Assembly (NCBI GenBank): GCA_050949315.1
Contig: JBMNFL010000001.1
Coordinates: forward strand, 736,001 to 800,000
Direction: 5' to 3'
Source of the DNA: Bacilli bacterium
Lineage (GTDB): Bacteria; Bacillota_I; Bacilli_A; RFN20; UBA1709
Length of the DNA stretch: 64,000 bases
The position numbers and the translations under genes were made by a program. The notes beneath the pieces are model-generated. The model was given only the letters and a program-made list of their open reading frames with translations, had not been told where the DNA came from and did not search any database. Numbering within the stretch: position 1 is the stretch's first letter; each line of letters starts with the position of its first letter. Shown in pieces: positions 62,872 to 64,000 of this stretch.

Positions 62872-64000
62872 ATGCCCGTGATTATGGCAGCGTTTTTCTT
62901 GAGTAATATCTCAATTATTGTTGTCACTGCTGTAAGTTTACTTGGTCTATTGTATGCTTTAGTTCTTAGAGGAAAAGTTAACAAAGCTCAAGTTTCAGAC
63001 CCAAAGATGATTGAAATCCAATCATACATTCGCGAGGGAGCGATGGCGTTTTTAAAAAGAGAATATAAGACATTAGTAATTTTTGCTGGCGTGCTTTTTA
63101 TTGCCTTGCTTCTTGGTGTCAATTGGCAAACAGCAGTTTGTTTTTTAGGTGGGGCGCTCTTATCAGGCTTAGCAGGTCTTTTAGGTATGCGTGCCGCAAC
63201 AGCGGCCAACGCCAAAACAGCCTCGGCTGCTAAAGAAGGCGGAATGAATGCCGCTTTACAAGTGGCCTTCTCTGGCGGCGCAATTATGGGGCTCTGTGTT
63301 GTGGGCTTGGGCCTTGGCGGACTCAGCATATTCTTCATGCTCTTTAATTCTGGAGACACAGATTTAGTTACCGTTGCTAACATTGTTACTGGTTTTGGTT
63401 TAGGAGCTTCTTCCATTGCCTTGTTCTCACGGGTCGGTGGTGGTATCTATACCAAGGCAGCCGACGTCGGTGCGGACTTAGTTGGTAAGGTTGAAGCGGG
63501 AATCCCCGAAGATGATCCTAGAAACCCAGCCGTCATTGCTGATAACGTTGGTGACAATGTTGGTGACGTTGCTGGTATGGGGGCTGACTTATTTGAATCT
63601 TATGTTGGAGCGATTGTATCGGCTATTTCTTTAGGAGCCTTTATGGTTAACTTAGATCCTGCAGCGACTAATAGTTTCGCTTACATCGTTTATCCATTAT
63701 TCTTATCGGCCGTTGGTATAATTGCCGCGGTTATCGCAACTCTTTTTGTTAAGGGTGATAAAGACCCAGCCGCAGCTTTAAGAAAAGGGACTTATACGGC
63801 ATCGCTTATTGTTGTTGTGGCCGCTGCCGTTTTAAGCTGGGCCTACTTTGGCGGAGAATTTTATAAAACTTTCTGTTCAGTGGTTGTCGGTTTAGTTGTT
63901 GGTGTCGTTATTGGAACGGTTACCGAAATCTATACATCAGGTGATTATAAGCATGTTAAAAAGATTGCGGCCCAATCAGAAACCGGTCCAGCGACCAATA
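62872..64000 (+). CDS. hppA: Membrane ion-translocating pyrophosphatase, probably Na+-type (partial; runs off window end)
   Basis: Manual translation from ATG 62872 (SD AAGGAGG): GGGIYTKAADVGADLVGKVEAGIPEDDPRNPAVIADNVGDNVGDVAGMGADLFESY. Missing from the ORF track because no stop falls in the window. Confidence 0.96.
   Translation, partial: MPVIMAAFFLSNISIIVVTAVSLLGLLYALVLRGKVNKAQVSDPKMIEIQSYIREGAMAFLKREYKTLVIFAGVLFIALLLGVNWQTAVCFLGGALLSGLAGLLGMRAATAANAKTASAAKEGGMNAALQVAFSGGAIMGLCVVGLGLGGLSIFFMLFNSGDTDLVTVANIVTGFGLGASSIALFSRVGGGIYTKAADVGADLVGKVEAGIPEDDPRNPAVIADNVGDNVGDVAGMGADLFESYVGAIVSAISLGAFMVNLDPAATNSFAYIVYPLFLSAVGIIAAVIATLFVKGDKDPAAALRKGTYTASLIVVVAAAVLSWAYFGGEFYKTFCSVVVGLVVGVVIGTVTEIYTSGDYKHVKKIAAQSETGPATN

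Overview
AT-rich core-genome window from a low-GC Bacilli-type bacterium, centred on the replication origin. The lineage is inferred to be Erysipelotrichales/Acholeplasmatales-like; TGA is used as a stop, so the code is 11. Left arm (minus strand): rpmH-rnpA-yidC-jag, a complete rnfCDGEA-(60 aa Cys-rich ORF)-short rnfB operon, then mnmE-tatD-rnmV-rsmA-ispE-prs-acyltransferase-small SRP RNA-tadA-dnaX-recR. The origin is bipartite: DnaA boxes upstream of dnaA, and a B. subtilis-like box-box-trio unwinding module between dnaA and dnaN. Right arm: dnaA-dnaN-yaaA-recF-gyrB-gyrA-(parS)-serS, mutS-mutL-miaA-tcdA-DUF1576, tgt-queA-queH, rpoE, an M3 peptidase, two nucleobase permeases behind a guanine riboswitch, argS, an EamA transporter with an attenuator-like leader, yfhO, tdk, glycerate kinase, MATE, apbE-NusG-II-Gx, fchA-fhs-folD and a partial Na+-type membrane pyrophosphatase. 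I saw no tRNA, rRNA, CRISPR array, prophage or IS element. The best leads are the non-canonical Rnf (one-cluster RnfB plus a possible seventh Fe-S subunit), an unannotated leader-peptide/terminator/antiterminator element in front of the EamA gene, a FolD lacking its cyclohydrolase residues next to fchA, and a long-range anti-P1 platform on the purine riboswitch. All product calls come from motif recognition by eye; no database searches were run.
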